From assembly GCF_004010195.1 (NCBI RefSeq), contig NC_057720.1, positions 33,542,944 through 33,606,943 on the forward strand: a DNA stretch of 64,000 bases, in the 5' to 3' direction. Shown here piece by piece: positions 40,558 to 54,421 of this stretch; within the stretch, counting starts at the first letter, position 1; every line of letters starts with the position of its first letter. The stretch is from Chiloscyllium plagiosum. Its lineage: Eukaryota. The notes under the pieces were generated by a model. The model made no database searches, was not told the DNA's origin, and saw only the letters and a list, made by a program, of their open reading frames with translations. Made by a program: the position numbers and the translations under genes.

Positions 40558-41370
40558 ACATACTGGATACTTGTCTTTATCAGTTGAGTATAAGAGCAGG
40601 GAGGTTAGGATAGAGGTTTACAAAACCTTTGTTAGGCCACAGTTGGAGTACTGAGTACATTTCTGGTCACCGCATTGTTGGAAGTATGTAATAGCATTAG
40701 GAGGGCTGCAGAGGAGATTCATGAGGATGTTGGAGCAAATTATTGCAGATGCTGGAATCTGAATTGAAAACCGCAAATGCTGGAGATCACCGTGGGTCAG
40801 ACAGCATCCATGGAGAGAGAGCAAGCTAACATTTTGAGTCTAGATGACTCTTCATCAGAGCTTGTTGTCTCTCCATGGATGCTCTCTGATCCACTGCGAT
40901 CTCCAGTGTGTGTTTTCACCAGGATGTTGCCTGGGTTGGAGCATTTTAGCTCTGAAGAGAGGCTGGATAAGTTTGGGTTGTTTTCTTTAGAGCAGAGAAG
41001 ACTGAGGGAACCTGATTGAGATATAGAAGGTTATGAGAGACATGGACAAGGTGGATAGAAAGCAGCAGTTCCCTTATTTGAAGAGTTACTAACAAGGGAG
41101 CATACCTTTTAAGGTGAAAGGTAGGAGGTTGAGGGGGGATGTGAAGTAAAGGTTTTTCACCAGAAGGTTGAGAGAATCTGGAATGCATTGCCTGTGATAG
41201 CAGTTGAAACATGAAACCTCAGAACCTTTTAAAAAGTACAAGGATGAGCAATTGAAATGTCAGAACATTCAAGGCAATGGGCCAGGTGTTGGAAAGTGAG
41301 ACTGGTGTAGGTTTAGCATAGCTTTATTGGTGCAGACTGAACGGCCTCTTCTGTATTGTATGATTCTTTG
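40558..41370 (+). mobile_element. CR1 LINE right half, with a PLE fragment at ~40733-40905
   Basis: YKTFVRPQLEY, FTRMLPGLEHFSSEERLDKFGLFSLEQRRLR, 3' tail. Confidence 0.85.
40822..40864 (-). ncRNA. Hammerhead-like motif, CpG-decayed
   Basis: CAAGCU-CUGAUGA-A-GAGUC(AUCUA)GACUC-AAAAU-GUU-AGCUUG: perfect 6-bp helix I and 5-bp helix II; GAAAC to AAAAU is consistent with two CpG transitions. Confidence 0.65.
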
Positions 41371-44020
41371 ATTTACTTCCATTGAGATAGGGCCTAATTA
41401 GAAGTTGACAGGTTTCCACAAGCTATTTCGTTTCATAAACAAACTTTGATAGAAAGTGGTTGAGATAGAAATTTGTGCATCTTTTATAAAATAGATAATT
41501 GTAAGAAGGAGACAATATGCAAGGGTGTGGGGAGAATGCAAGACGGTGGAGTTTATTTTAAGTGCTGTAATCTATGGCCAGCAGAGTTGACTGGGTTGAA
41601 TTGCCTACTTCTGTGCTATCTTGGTTCTGTATTTGTAAATCATTGTACTTTTGAAATAAATAGCACCAAGAAATATCAGTACTTTGCAAGTACTTTCCTG
41701 AACCAGTTGTATAGCCCATGTTTCAGGCAAACAACCTTTTCTTTAAACTAGGGAATAGTAACATTAATGCTGCTTGTTAATGGATTGTAATACAGATGTA
41801 GAAATATAAATTACAGGAGAAACTCGGCAGACATGACAGCGACTGTTGAGGGAGAACAGAATTAAAGCTTCAAGTCTGTTATGACTCTACTTTGGAAATG
41901 CAGCACTTTGCATTTGCTTGTAATCTGGAGGCCAATGAGTTCCCCATCCTCCACAGCAACTGGGTAAATTTAAATCCAATTAATAAACCTTGAATAGGTA
42001 GTCGTAGTGTCAATGATCATGAAAATGCGCAATTGTTGTAAAATCCCACCTGGTTCACACTCCTCCTTCAGGGAAGGAAATCTGCTGTCTTTCCTTGGTT
42101 TGGCTTAAACATGACTCTAGCCCCATAACTGTGTAGTTGATACTTAACTGCCTTTTGAAAGGCTCAGTACATCCATTTGTTGCATTAAACCACTGCAGAA
42201 AAGAGTGAAACCAGACTCTGCACCCAGACCACCTCAGCACAGAAAATGCAAAGGAACAGCCTGCCTGTTCAAGCCAGCAGAGTCCTCCTTACTAAAGGCT
42301 TGTGTCACAATGGGGGAGTTGTACTAGAATCTACTTGAGCAACAGCCTGACATGGTTATATTCACTGAATCATACCTCCCAATCATCATCATCAGTATCC
42401 CTGGATTTATCCTGTTCTATAGACTCACAGAGATCTAAGCACAGAGAAAGCCCTGCAGCCAATTGTTTTTGATCCAAGCAGACCCGATCACCTAACCTGT
42501 GGCAGGACTGCGCCACAAGAGCTAATCACACAATGGGTAGACACTTAGAGGGGTGTTAGCCCTGAAGTCCTCATTGTTGACTCTGATCCTATGAAGTCTT
42601 GTGGCATCAAGTCAGACAAGGGTAAGGAGACCTCTTGCTGATGACTGTTCCTCCCTATAATGATAAACCCATGCTCCTCCGTTTTGAATACCAGTTTGAA
42701 GAAGCAGTGAGAGTAGAAAGGATTCAGAATGTTTTCTAGATGAGGAATTTCAAGCCTGTTGCCAAGGGTGGCCCAGTAATGCCACTGAACTATTTTGAAA
42801 GACATATTTGCCAGGCTAAGTTTGTGGCAGGTGGTGTGAGAACCAGAATCTACTTCACCTGGTGTTCACCAATTTGCCTGGACCAGATGTATCTGTCCAT
42901 GACAGTATGGATAGGAGTGACCACTGCACAGCACAAATGGAGACCAAGGCCCAGCTCCACATTGAGCAGACCGTCCATTGTGTTATGTGTCACTATCACC
43001 TTGCAAAATGAGACTGACTTTAAACAGATCTTGCAGCTCAAAAATGGACATCCGTGAGTCGCTGTGGGCCATTAGCAGTAGAATTGTATTTAGTCACAAT
43101 CTGTAGTCTCATTTTATCATTGTCTTCAAGTCGGGGGATTAATCATGGTTCACTGAGAAGTGCAGCAGGGTGTTCCAAGAGCATCACGAGACAAACTTAA
43201 AAGGAGGTACCAATTTGGATGAACCAACAATGTGAACTACATGCATGCTAAACAGTGACAGTAGAGTGCTGATGTTGCTGGACTAGTCAAGCCAGCCCTA
43301 ACCAAGCTACCCCTAACCAAGCTACAGCATTAGCATCTGTCCAAAATATGGCAAGGTATGTGCTGTTCTGAAAAAAGTAGGGCAAATCTCCTCAGGCAAC
43401 TTATCACTGCGCCATTCTACACTCAATCATTAGCAGAGTGATGTATAGTGCATTTGACAGCATTATCAAGTGGCACTTGCACAGTAATAACCCAATTACT
43501 GATGCTCAGTTTGCCTTTTGCCAGGGTCACTCAACTCCTGATCTCATTACAACTTTCTTTCAAACACAGACAAAAGAACTGAATTCTAGAGATGAGGTGA
43601 CCTTATCCTTCAAATCAAAGCATTTGACTGAGTGAGCCACCAAGCAACCCCAGCCATATAGAAGTGAAAATGAATCCGCAGACACCTCACCACTGGTTGA
43701 AGTCGTACCTGACACAGAGAAAGACGATTCTGAAGAAGGGTCACTGGACCTGAAACAATAACTCTGTTTCTCTCTCCACAGATGCTGTCAGACCTGCTGA
43801 GTTTCCACAGCAATATCTGTGTTTATTTTAAGCTGAATGTTGTTGTTGGAGACGAGTCATCTCAGCCGTGTCAGTTTTCCTAGTGTTAGTGTCCGAGGAC
43901 AAACCATCTTCGACTGCTTCCTCAACGAGCTTCTTTCCATCATAAAGTCTGAAGTGGAAATGGTTACTGCTGATTGCCAGTAAGCACTGTATATTAGTGA
44001 TTCCTCAAGTACTAAAGCTG

Positions 44021-44289
44021 GAGTAGAGTGGTGCTGGAAAAGCACAGCAGTTCAGGCAGCATCCGAGAAGCAGTAAAATCGATGTTTCGGGCAAAAGCCC
44101 TTCATCAGGAATACAGGCAGAGTGCCTGAAAGGTGGAGAGCTCAGGCACTCTGCCTGTATTCCTGAAGAAGGGCTTTTGCCCGAAACGTCGATTTTACTG
44201 CTCCTCGGATTCTGCCTGAATTGCTGTGCTTTTCCAGCACCACTCTACTCCAGAATCTGGTTTCCAGCATCTGCAGCCATTGTTTTTCC
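44021..44289. mobile_element. Palindromic PLE terminal-repeat insertion (family 1), 15-bp TSD
   Basis: CAAGTACTAAAGCTG at 44006-44020 and 44290-44304; near-perfect ~110-bp inverted arms. Confidence 0.9.
44163..44190 (+). ncRNA. Minimal hammerhead ribozyme motif (intact core)
   Basis: CUGAAGA-A-GGGC(UUUU)GCCC-GAAAC-GUC; mirror copy on the minus strand at 44081-44108 has AUC. Confidence 0.75.
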
Positions 44290-45167
44290 CAAGTACTAAA
44301 GCTGTCCATGCCTGTTTGCAACAAGATGTGGACAGTTGGGGATGCGAAGTGGCAAGTAATGTTCATGCAAAACGAGAGCATGGCAATGATCATGTCCAAC
44401 AATAGGGGACCCAACCATCTTCCCTTTGAGGTTCAACAGTATTAACATTGCCCCTACTATCTGAATCCCTAAATGTGCCATTGACCAGACCTTGAACAAG
44501 GCCAGCTATATAAATATTGTAGCTACAAGAACAGGCAAGAGGCTAGAAATCCTGCAGCGTGTATCTCACCTCCTCACTTTTTAAAGCCTGACCACCATCT
44601 AAAAGTCACACGTCTGGAATGTGATAGAATACTTTCCATTTACCCAGATGGAAGCAACATCAACAACACTCACGAAGCTCAACGCATTCTAGGACAAAGC
44701 AACCGGCTCAATTGTTTCCCCCAAGCATTACATTACATATTTATTGTACCGCTGCAATGCACAATGCATTGCAGGAACTCACCAAGCCTCCTTCCAAACC
44801 TGTGGCCTAGAAGAGGAACAGGTGCAAGTGTCTGGGAATACCATCACTTGCAGGTTCCCATGCAAGTTACACACCATACTGACTTGGAGCTAGTCTGCGA
44901 AAGATTAGGAAAGAGTTGCTTGAACATTGAGCCCTAGCTGTAGAGTCCTAAGCTTGGATATGGGTTTGAACCCTACCATGGCAAATGGTGAAACTCAAAT
45001 TCATTCAAAACCTGGAATTAAAAACATGTCTAATGGCAATCAAGTAACCAGCATCAATTTGCTTAAAAAATCCACCTGGTTCACTGATGTTCTTTTGGGG
45101 AAGGAAGACTGCCCTTTTATATAGTCTTGCCTACATGGTTCTCCAGACTCTCAACAACGTGACTAAC

Positions 45168-45400
45168 TAGGCGGAGGTGGGTACTGCAGATGCTGGAGAT
45201 TAGAGTCAAGATTAGAGTGTTGCTGGAAAAGCATAGCAGGTCAGGCAGCATCCACGGAGCAGGTAAATTGACCTTTCGGGCAAAAACCTTTCATCAGGAA
45301 AGGCTCACCTCATGAAGGTCTTTTGCCCAACACATTGATTTTCCTGCTCCTCAGATGCTGCCTGACCTTCTGTGCTTTTCCAGCGCTACTCTAATCTTGA
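45168..45400. mobile_element. Older palindromic PLE terminal-repeat insertion (family 1)
   Basis: Inverted arms tcaagattagagt...actctaatcttga; degenerate cores. Confidence 0.8.
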
Positions 45401-45935
45401 ATGTGATTAAGTGTTAACTGCCCTCTGAAATGGGCTGGTAAACCACTCAGTTTCAGGGGTAATTAGGGATAGATATTTTATCCTGGCCCAGCCAGCGAAG
45501 CCCCAAAGATTTTTAAAGGTTGTGTTTCAGATTGTATAAACAATGAATGCTTGTCAATTTTACAGACTTTTAATCTGCAGCCTTCCTTATAGAGGAATGT
45601 TTTGAAGATAATGAGGTCCCGCAATCTGTTGTTAGCGAAGGAGAAATAATCCAAGTTATATACACTTGGATTTTATTTTACTACAAGTTAACATGAACTT
45701 GAATCTCGTGCAGGAGTGCAACTGATCTTATTCAGTCCTAGATTCCAACTACCAAGTAATGTGCATTGCTCCAGAGGTGGGCTTTATGCCGATATCTTCC
45801 ATTACAAGGGTCACTACCCTTCGAAAGGTTGTGAAAGGTGCTATATAAGAGCAAGTCTAATATATCTGAATAAGTGCAGCAGGACAAATTGTTTCTGGGC
45901 TTGAATCCAGAATTTCTGTCCCTGAAGACATTGTT

Positions 45936-45948
45936 GTTACCTGGCAAC
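45936..45948. promoter_or_regulatory. RFX X-box motif
   Basis: GTTACCTGGCAAC fits GTNRCC(N0-3)RGYAAC, in sequence with no recognisable repeat. Confidence 0.4.
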
Positions 45949-48427
45949 ACAGCTGAAGACAAAAGGTGATGTTAGCTGTTACATTGTTGGCATCTATTGG
46001 ATAATTTCTCAGTAATTGAGTTTAACAATGTGCAGTTATCTTGCAATAGACTTGTGATTGAAAGATATGTTAGTTGGTGTCATCTGCTAAGAATCAGAGT
46101 TTCTTTGTTATGTTTATTCTGTAAATAGGGCACCTTATCTATTAAAATGCTTCCTTCCCACTTAATAAACTGTTTGGTCCCATATGTCTGAGACTTAATT
46201 ACTACTGAGAATGCAGGTGACCTTTCCTGGAATTCTGGCAGTGATTCGTTTTGAATTGCTCATGAGGAGACTTCTCATCATTTCACTGGTTGCCTCCTTT
46301 CTTTTTGCGAGAGATCTGAATGTGGGGTTGATAGTCACTTGAGGGCCTCCTCCAGAGTTTGTCCATGTATTTGTGTCCTGCTTAAGCCAAGCATGCCCCA
46401 ACACAATCCTCCCACTCAGTTCTTAATCCAGCTTTAACAATACTGTTCATTTGGATTTCCTGCAGTGCCAGAATAATCGCTGTTCCTGCTGAGAGTAGAG
46501 CTGCTGGGCACAGGGCAGAGGTTTCACTCTCAAGCAGATAATGGCCTGAAGGTCTCTGCATAAAATGCCATCCTACCTCTCCCACTTAGATCTGTTTCAG
46601 AATTCCATAATAATCATGTGTGTCTTTCTATGGAACTTCGAAAATCAAGTTCAGCAATTGCTTATAGTCCAGTTCTCCAGATAACTATTTTGGTGGAAAC
46701 AAGCGTTACCTCAAGCATCCTGAATACTATTGAACAAATCAGAATTATGTGCAACCACTTGAGGTTTAAAATGAGTTCCAAAGGTATCCGGAAAGCTATA
46801 ACACATTGGCAGTGGCATCTAACTGTGTTTACTGTCATTAGACTTCCTCCTCCAGGTTTAGCTTTGCAATTGTTTTGTGTTGCACATTGCTGAAATTGCA
46901 AGCAGATGATGACACATTCGAGGGGGAAAAATCAGAGACACGAGTGAATAACTGTGTACCTCCTTAATCAAAAGATTGTGAAATCAGCAGTGGAGAGGCT
47001 CAATCTGAAGTATATATTAAAATGGTTGCATTTAGTGCCCCAAATCAGCTATAGAAAGAGAAATAGAGAGGGAAAGAAAGATTGAGTTATGGACAGAGAG
47101 AGGTGGTTGGATTTCTCTTGCTCCTTGGTTGTTCACAACACGACATATATTTTTAGAAGCAGTATTTTGAACTTGTTGAATGTTGTGACCTTGGAGAATA
47201 GAATGAAATTAGTTTTCTGGTAAGTTGAAATCAAAGGAAAGGATAAGGTTTATTTATACAGGATATGAAATCTAATTGCAATGAAAGCACTTGCTCTACC
47301 AAACACACGCGCACGCGCACAAACACACACACACACACGTAAATAGCAGAAAGTAGCATGAAATTTTATTACAAACAGAATAACAAGAAACAATTTCTGT
47401 ATTCTTAATCAGTCTTTAATTTGGGAAGGGTTGGAGGCCTGAAGGGTCTCTGTCTTTTGGTAGTTCGAAGACAAAAGGCAGATGGAAGTTCCTGGGTTTC
47501 ATACAAAGTTGTGGCTAAGATTCTGTCAAGGAGAAATATGATCACGCAAGTGAAAGCAAATTATCCCCAAATTTTACTGCTTCAGGTGTTTGGGCTGTTC
47601 AAGGGAAGGATTCCTCCACATCACTGAGAGATGATTCCTCTGAGTTTCATGGTTTCAGACTGCCTTTGCTTTGGCCTGTTCTCCGAATAATAAACTTTGC
47701 TATCTCAAGCCACCTTTGATCATGTGACCACAGAATCAATACTTCCATCATCCACACAATCAGTTTGATATTGACATAGAATGGTGAATGAATGACAGCT
47801 GTTCACACCTGCTTGGGATAAAATGGTGTCTTCACACCCTTCCTTGTTGCACCTCATTCTGCAGAAGTCTAGGGCGACTGTTGTATTTGAGTTCCTGGAA
47901 GTGTCCAGGCAAAAGTAAATATAGATTCTTTAAGTATTATTGCATCATGAATGTCACTTCCATGCAGTGTCATTCACATGGTCACTTCCATTTCAATGAC
48001 TTTCCAGAAACATCAGTTAGTCTCTGTCTACACAGAAATTGCGAAGAGCTTGCCTGATCCCAGATGCCATTTTGGGCCAAAATAAATTGTGCTTTTTCTA
48101 TGCTAGTCCTGTTGTAAAGAAGTAAAATGTCTATCATTCTTGTACGTCCTTAAGTACGAATGCAACAAGGGGCAAAAGGAAAGAGTAGATTTTTTTTAAA
48201 AAAACTTTTACATTTTAAATATCTTCAATGTTAATTAAAATCTGACAAATGAGACACAAGATGTCTAAGGTCAGTTGTGAATGCCAGGGAGGTAGTTTGG
48301 AATAATTAATGCTTGCTACGTTATTAGAAGGTTACTCAAACAGTAATGGCCTACGCCTCACTTACTCTGTCAAGCTTAGTTTGTAGCTACCATGCAATTA
48401 TAGCAATCTCATGCTATTCAGTGCGTT

Positions 48428-48748
48428 TTAGATTAGATGAGATTCCCTACAGTGTGGAAACAGGCCCTACGGCCCAACCAGTCCACACCGACCCTCCGAA
48501 GAGTAACCCATCCAGACCCATTTCCCTCTGACTAATGCACCTAACACTACTGGCAACTTAGCATGGCCAATTCACCTGACCTGCACATCTTTGGACTGTG
48601 GGAGGAAACCGGAGCACCCGGAGGAAACCCATGCAGACACTGGGAGAATGTGCAAGCTCCACACAGACAGTCGCCCAAGGGTAGAATCGAACCTGGGACC
48701 TTGGAGCTGTGAGGCAGCAGTGCTAACCACTGAGCCACCATGCCGCCC
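48428..48748 (-). mobile_element. HE1-type SINE
   Basis: Antisense head gtgaggcagcagtgctaaccactgagccaccatgccgccc; (ttaga)n tail. Confidence 0.92.
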
Positions 48749-50364
48749 GATGGCAAGACATGGCCATTTTCAAAGTTAACTGTAGTGCAGAACCATCTGC
48801 CTGACCCTTACCTGAAGGACCCTTTGCCATAAGCAATTAAGTCCTGTTGGCTTCACCATTGTTTTACCAGCAAATTATGGCCTCATGTTTCTGCAATTAC
48901 TGTATCCCAGATGTCACTGATTTCACATTCTAGTGTAGTGCTGTGTAATGCCTTGGGGAGAGGCACACAACATTGCAGTGTGAATGCTAATAAATGACTA
49001 GCTCTGGGCATGTTTGATAAGAACATTGAAGTCAGTGCGTATTTTATTTTCAGAAAGATTGATGTATCCTCATTCTATTTTCAAGAAACAATTAAATCTA
49101 TTTTACAATTGTTTTTCATGTTAGAGATTATAATTAATATTCAACCATGCTAATTGAAAAATAGTGTCTCTAACTAAACATTGTTCAAAACTAGATTGAC
49201 CTCTTTGAGACTATTCAAAGTATGTGATAACTATTCAGGTGCTTTAGTAATAATTGAATAAAAGCTCCATCACTGCATTAGTTCCAGGGACAGTAATCTT
49301 GGTTGGTTTAGAAATCCAGGGTCCAGGAAAATGAAGGCTGTGATTTAAACATTAGCAAATGTGACAATGAGCTGTGAGAATGAACTCTACCAGTATAGCA
49401 ATGGAGAATATCACTTTGTTCCATGAAGGTCTTGACTCAGTTCCTGATTCAGTAGGAGTAGTTATCCTGATTAAAATAACTTTGTAGAAAATGTAGATTT
49501 AACCAATTTTAAAACTTGGTCCAAAGCTTGACTTGTTCAGTAAGATTGCAGTAATTTAATGAGGAATTTTTAAAAAAAATCAGTATTCCTTATGAGAAAT
49601 CAAAATATGTTCAACCGAGCCTTCTATTTCTACAATCTTTCTTTCCGAAAGGTAAAATCAAATGGATGTTTATATGATTGGATCCATAATTTCAACATTT
49701 AACAGGTTTGACTATCAAATGTCAAAAAAAACATTCAGCTCTGTTGAATGTGTTTCACTTCGCTTTACTTCTTCAAAGAACCAAGTTTGTTTCTGTTTCT
49801 AGCCCTAGAGCCATGATGTGTTCATATATCTTTGAAGAAGCGATCAACTGGAATGTTGTAAAGTTGTGGTGTTCTTTTTAAAAAAGTGTTCTTTATGCAG
49901 GGCAGGTCACGTTTTAAAAGATGGCAATGCCCCATAAAGGGGATGGCAAGTCTTCTACGTTAACCAGTGTAGACCTTGTGATGATGCACATGGCCGTTTG
50001 GGAACTCGGGCTTCTGCAACCATTATAGATCATTACTGCTCTGAATGTCCGATCCATTTATCAACTATTGGTCCAAATACCTGAGTGCCCTCACTAGACA
50101 AAAATCTGCCAATGACGGACTTAAAAAATTGAATTGACTCAGCATGTTTGTCCTCGGGCTAGATTTGGCTTTTCTGCTCCCCTCTATATCAGCATTTCTT
50201 TTTCCCAATTTCACTCCTAAATGACAGAACTCTAACCGATATGCCGCCTGGAGTATTTCATATATCTATCTTGTCAGAAAAAACAAGAACAAGAGACAGG
50301 GGGAAAACTCAGAACATTGCAGCCAACACAAAGAGCATTGTGGGTAAATTATAGATAATAATTG

Positions 50365-50530
50365 AAAGAACAAAAACAGAAGGTGCTGAAAAAGCTCAGC
50401 AAGTCTGGCAGCATCTGTGCAGAGAAATCAAAGTTAATATGTTGGGTATGGTGACCCTTCCTCTAAACTGAGGAAAGGTCGCCAGACCAGAAATGTTAAC
50501 TCTGATTTCTCTCCATAGATACTGTCACAC
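50365..50530. mobile_element. Palindromic PLE terminal-repeat element (family 2), decayed
   Basis: gagaaatcaaagttaat...gttaactctgatttctc inverted; CTGAGGA-AAGGTC(GCCA)GACC-AGAAATGTT. Confidence 0.7.
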
Positions 50531-50789
50531 CCTGCTGCAATTACAGATTTGGTTAGTGCTTTAGCGGTTAGTTGTTAGTATTGGTGAAACAACTAATTGG
50601 CTTTAAAACAAAACATTTCAAAATAACTATTTGTCAACATGCACATGGCAGCTGCTGTGAATGAAGAGCATGTGCTATTTGGCAACTCCAGAGCAGGTTG
50701 GTTGGTTTGGGAACTCTCAGGGAATACCCATAAATGCTTCCGATCAATCTTGGCTGTTATAACTACCGTGCCATATGGAAAGCTTAGAG

Positions 50790-50930
50790 CTTCAGGAGGT
50801 AATTACCACATTGACAGGTTTGTTTTTAATCAACCCATCCATGTGTTTAATACACCTTTAGAGCAGTTGGAACTTGAACCCTGTACCACAGGCCCAGAGG
50901 TAGGGATATTATCAGTGTGCCACAAGAGCT
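50790..50930 (-). mobile_element. tRNA-headed SINE (second copy at ~57095-57243)
   Basis: Minus strand gctcttgtggcacactgataatatccctacctctgggcc...gggttcaagttcc, tRNA-like head. Confidence 0.6.
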
Positions 50931-51744
50931 TAGGTTATAGAGAGTTCTGAAGGACAGGAGTTGTCATAATTCTCTGGGAGTGTAACAAATTTGATGCTGA
51001 GGACTAGTGTGAGGACAATATCTCTGGAAAGTGCAGTCAGAAACCAACACATGGGACTGTAGAGTGCAGGGAGAAATTGGAAACAATCATAAAACTGGCA
51101 GATTAAAAACTGAATAACAAAAAAGTATCCTAAAATCTTTAATATTTGTATAAAGGTAGGATGAGCAGTTTAATGGAATAGGGCTGAAAGAACTGCAAGT
51201 GGGTATGATAGATAACATGAGCTGAAAGTGGGTTTGATCTGAGAAAGATGTGACTTTTGGGGTTTTTGCAAGGGAGATCATTTTTGTGGGCTGGGTGAAG
51301 GGAGGGATTTGACAGATGGATTGGTGTAATTGGAGGGCTCAATCTGAGTGATAGAGTTTCAACAAAATCGTTTTGTAATAAACGGATGAAACGCTGGGTG
51401 TATCTAATTTATACCATTTTGTCCATCACTTTGCAACACATCTACAGCAATTTGAACACCAAAAGATTATTAGACTTTAATCTCTGTGCTGCTTCAGTGG
51501 CCATTTTAAGTACTACACTTAAACAATGGCGTTTTTCTGTGTAGTATATTTAATCTGTTGCTTCACTGTTTAATTTCGAAATGAATTTTAGTGGTTTCAA
51601 CTCTATCACAGTTTTAGGTGGAACAATTATGTGTTTGAAACATAGAAACGTAGACAATATAAGCAGAAGTAGGTCATTTGGCCCTTCAAGCCAGCTCTGC
51701 CATTCGCTATGATAATAACTGATTATCATCAAAGTTAATAATCT

Positions 51745-52061
51745 GTTAGATTAGATTAGATTACTTACAGTGTGGAAACAGGCCCTTCAGCCCAACAAAT
51801 CCACACCGACCCGCCGAAGCGCAACCCACCCATACCCCTATATTTACCCCTTCACCTAACACTACGGGCAATTTAGCATGGCCAATTCACCTGAGCTGCA
51901 CATCTTTGTGACTGTGGGAGGAAACCAGAGCACCCGGAGGAAACCCACACAGACACGGGGAGAATGTGCAAACTCCACACAGTCAGTCACCTGAGGCGGG
52001 AATTGAACCCGGGTCTCTGGTGCTGTGAGGCAGCAGTGCTAACCACTGTGCCACCGTGCCA
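51745..52061 (-). mobile_element. HE1-type SINE (young)
   Basis: (ttaga)n tail; antisense A/B boxes gggaattgaacccggg...tgctaaccactgtgccaccgtgcc. Confidence 0.95.
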
Positions 52062-53022
52062 CTGTTCCTGCAATTTCCCCCCCATATCATCGGATCCCTT
52101 TGTTAGGGCCAAATGATTTATTGGCCTTCAGTTCCATCAGTTTCCTCAACACTTTTTCCCTACTAACATTGATTTCCTTCAGTACCTCCCTCTTGTTACC
52201 AAACATTTCTGGATTGAATTTATGTCCTCCTTTGTGAACATCGACCCAAAGTATGTATTTGATTGGTTAGCCATTTTGTTGTTTCCCATTGTAAATTCCC
52301 CAGTTTTTGACTATAAGGGACCTATATTTGCCTTTACCAATCTTTTTGTCTTCATCTACCTCTGGAAACTTTAACAGTCAGTTTTTATGCTCTTTGCTTA
52401 CACCCGTACTTTATTTTCCCTTTCTGACTCAATTCCTTTGCCCTGCTTTGCTCAGTTCTAAACTGCTCCCATTCCTAAAGTCTGTTTCCTTTTCCTCCAA
52501 TTTGTATGCCTATTGACTGGATCAAATGCTATCTCTAATTTTCCTTGTGAGCTATGGTTTGGCCACCTTTCCCATATTTGCGCTGGACAACAATGAACTT
52601 CTGTTGCAGTTCACCGATGCTGTCTGAACGTTTGTCATTGCCTTTCTACTATTAACCTCACTCTTTCCCAATCTATCACCGACAACTCGTGCCTCATCAC
52701 CATTGTAGTTCCTCTGGTTGTGATTGGAATGAGGGCCAGGTAGATCTCATTGACCATGAGGTCGCTGATTGGGGTTATTAACCATGGCCAATTAGAGTCC
52801 TGTTGACAGATATAAACAGGAGTGCAAAGGGCACTGCTTGTCACTGGCCACTCGGGTGTTTTCCTTTCTTCCTGGTGGTGGAAATTGAATAAAGATTCGT
52901 ACACCTTGTGTCTCTGACTGTGTCTCACACCTGCACACACACAACATGGTGCTGGGGAAAAAAATGAACACTACCGCAGTTAGGCAGCAGTGTGGGAAAA
53001 GGAAAAAAAAAAGACGGGAGTG

Positions 53023-53675
53023 CATGCAGTGGTCCCCTGCAACCGCAGATTACGGTGGTTCATGGACTCCCAGCCCAACTGCTTGTTCTGTGGTGCTGTG
53101 GAGTCCGTGGACCATGTATATATTGGGTGTGGGCGCTTGCACTCCCTTTTTGATTTTCTAAAAAACCTTCTTCTCTGTTTTTGGTTGCACTTCAGTCCCA
53201 CGCTCCTGATCTTCGGGCACGCGGTACGGAGGGGGGAGGGCAGGTCTGAGGACCTCCTCGTGGGTCTGCTCCTGGGCCTGTCCAAACTGGCCATTAACAG
53301 ATCCAGGCAGCGGGCTGTGAAGGGGGTTGTTAGGGCCGACTGCCTGCCCCTCTCCCGTGGTTACGTTAGAGCCCAGGTGTCTCTGGAGAAGGAGCATGTG
53401 GTGTCCACCGACACCCTGGAGTTGTTCAGGGAGAGGTGGGCGCCGCAGGGAGTGGAGTGCATTACATTACCCTCTAAGAAGGGCATTGCTTGTCACTGGC
53501 CACTTGGGTATTTCCTTTCTTCCTGGTGGTGGAAACTGAATAAAGGTTCGTGCACCTTGTGTCTTTCACTGTGTCTCACACCTGCACACACACAACATGG
53601 GTGCTGGGGAAAGAATAAGCGCTACCGCAGTTAGACGATAGTGTGGGGGTAATTTAAAAAAAAGGAAAAGAAAAG
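53023..53675 (+). mobile_element. Tx1-clade LINE 3' end (ORF2 C-terminal zinc finger, 3'UTR, A-rich tail)
   Basis: HAVVPCNRRLRWF..CLFCGAVESVDHVYIGCGRL...LGLSKLAINRSR...FRERW. Confidence 0.8.
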
Positions 53676-53849
53676 AATAGAAGTGTCAGAGATCCTGTTC
53701 ACTCTGAGGGAGCTGGTTCAGTGTGGAATGAAGGGAAGGACTCTGCTCTGTCAAGGGAAGAGGAGACTGATTTTTTTGTTGTTGGTTTCTTTGTAGTAAG
53801 AGGAGTTTTATTTTGAAGAAAAAAGTTTTTTATAAAAATAAACAGGAGT

Positions 53850-54421
53850 ATCTGCAGATTGTGGTGGTTCATGGACTCCCAGCCCAACTGCTTGTTCTGT
53901 GGTGCTGTGGAGTCTGTGGACCATGTATATATTGAGAGTGGGCATTTACACTCCCTTTTTGATTTTTTTCAAAAACCTTCTCTGTTTTTGGTTGCACTTC
54001 AGTCCCACACTCCTGATCTTCGGGCACCCGGTACGGAAGGGGGAGGGCAGGTCTGAGGACCTCCTCATGGGTCTGCTCCTGGACCTGGCCAAACTGGCCA
54101 TAAACAAGTCCAGGCAGCGGGCCGTGAAGGGGGTCATTAGGGCCAGTTGCCTGCCCCTCTTCTGCAGTTACGTCCGAGCCCGGGTGTCTCTAGAGAAGGT
54201 GCACACGGTGTCCACCAACACCCTCGAGTTGTTCAGGGAGAGGTGGGTGCCGCAGGGAGTGGAGTGCATTATTTCCCCCCAACTCTATTTTGATTTAATC
54301 CCTGCCCTTTCCTTCACTGTTTGATCATGCAGCATTACCCTCTAAGAAGGGCATTGCTTGTCACTGGCCACTTGGGTATTTCCTTTCTTCCTGGTGGTGG
54401 AAATTGAATTAACAAAAAAGC
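53850..54421 (+). mobile_element. Second Tx1-clade 3' end with 14-bp TSD
   Basis: Same ORF2 end; AAATAAACAGGAGT at 53836-53849 and 54422-54435. Confidence 0.8.

Larger units (their letters stand above)
42230..44890 (+). mobile_element. Decayed L2/CR1-like LINE with PLE insertions
   Basis: QPDMVIFTESYL-like endonuclease start; ITDAQFAFCQGHSTPDLIT RT motif; related fragments at ~8420-8575, ~29270-30150 and ~55760-56050. Confidence 0.7.

Noticed and set aside
45648..45672. 9-bp hairpin AATCCAAGT/ACTTGGATT
   Set aside because: Short AT-rich stem plausible by chance in 64 kb
46950..48060. Possible solo LTR with (CA)n tract
   Set aside because: No clear termini or TSD identified
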